Source of the DNA: Haliotis cracherodii
Taxonomy: Eukaryota
DNA: 64,000 bases
Reading direction: 5' to 3'
NCBI RefSeq assembly: GCF_022045235.1
Contig: NW_027266272.1
Span: forward strand, 2,852,001-2,916,000
The notes under the pieces were generated by a model that was not told where the DNA came from, searched no databases, and saw only the letters and a program-made list of their open reading frames with translations. Position numbers and translations under genes: made by a program. Below are positions 62,700 to 64,000 of the stretch, in pieces. Position 1 is the first letter of the stretch; each line of letters begins with the position of its first letter.

Positions 62700-63463
62700 C
62701 TAGAAATACACCACGATCACGATAGGACAAAAATCAAAGGGCCATAATTTCATCTTTTAATCTCAATACATCTAATTTTATATGAATCATAATCTAAGAA
62801 GACCTTTTGCCATTGTGGGTTTTGGTAGGTTTCGATGGGCCCCCCAGAAGTTTTTTGAAACTTGACTGACTTTCACTAATTCAGAATTCCATTCTGCCTA
62901 TCGAGTTTGGTCTATCTGTATATCGACCTATATAGTTTGGTCTGATCTGGTTGTTTCGTTCCATTCAGAGTAAAAAGCACTGTGATTGGGAGATATGTGT
63001 TTTTTTGTGAGTCATTACAGAACACAAGGTGCATGTCGGGGAGCCTTGTGGTTAAAGCGTTTGCTCGTCACGCCGAAGACCCGGGTTCGATTCCCCGCAT
63101 ATTTACAATGTGTGAAGCTCATTTTTCGTGTCCGCCGCCATGATATTGCTAAAATATTGCATCAGGCGGCGCAAAACCATACTCAATCACTCGTCACGGG
63201 TATACATTAAACGAACTACGGTGTTAATATAAATAATTACTAAAACATGTTCAAATATGTTCAACACGTTTTTATTCCATTCGATTTGGCACAATAGTGA
63301 AGCATGCAATAACCTTGGAATGTTCCTGAGATTCAGAATAAATGTCCTGATTCAGACTATATCTTTTTATATAAACTTCAGTAGTTTCTGAGCACAAGTT
63401 CTTTCGTCAATTGGTCAAATCGGACTTCATGTTGAATCATGGGGATGGTGGATGGAGTTGTAC

Positions 63464-64000
<537 letters not shown>

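Overview
Eukaryotic, intron-rich, SINE/MITE-dense animal DNA. It is probably a gastropod mollusc, possibly abalone; this is inferred from the repeat families only. All genes lie on the minus strand. (1) Five 5' coding exons of an asparagine synthetase (ASNS) run off the left edge. (2) A complete 13-exon CLP1 RNA 5'-kinase gene (422 aa) contains a U12-type AT-AC intron, a GC-AG intron and a 28-nt microexon. (3) A head-to-tail cluster of at least five alpha-tubulin genes is present, four complete and one cut by the window edge. One of them (copy B) has an intact ORF but about 17 substitutions, mostly on surface elements. The most unusual signal is tandem arrays built from real exon-intron junctions. 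The CLP1 terminal-exon acceptor (branch point + AG + 39 exon nt) occurs 28 times, giving 27 upstream decoys that each lead to a premature stop. The ASNS exon 3' end plus donor is reiterated in an in-frame 84-bp array. Other notable items are a miR-96/183-type seed match kept next to the poly(A) signal of all five tubulin 3'UTRs, mosaic tubulin paralogs, and a 19-nt tubulin-exon fragment apparently templated into an intronic SINE. Exon coordinates were read by eye and checked by reading-frame phase; repeat boundaries are approximate.
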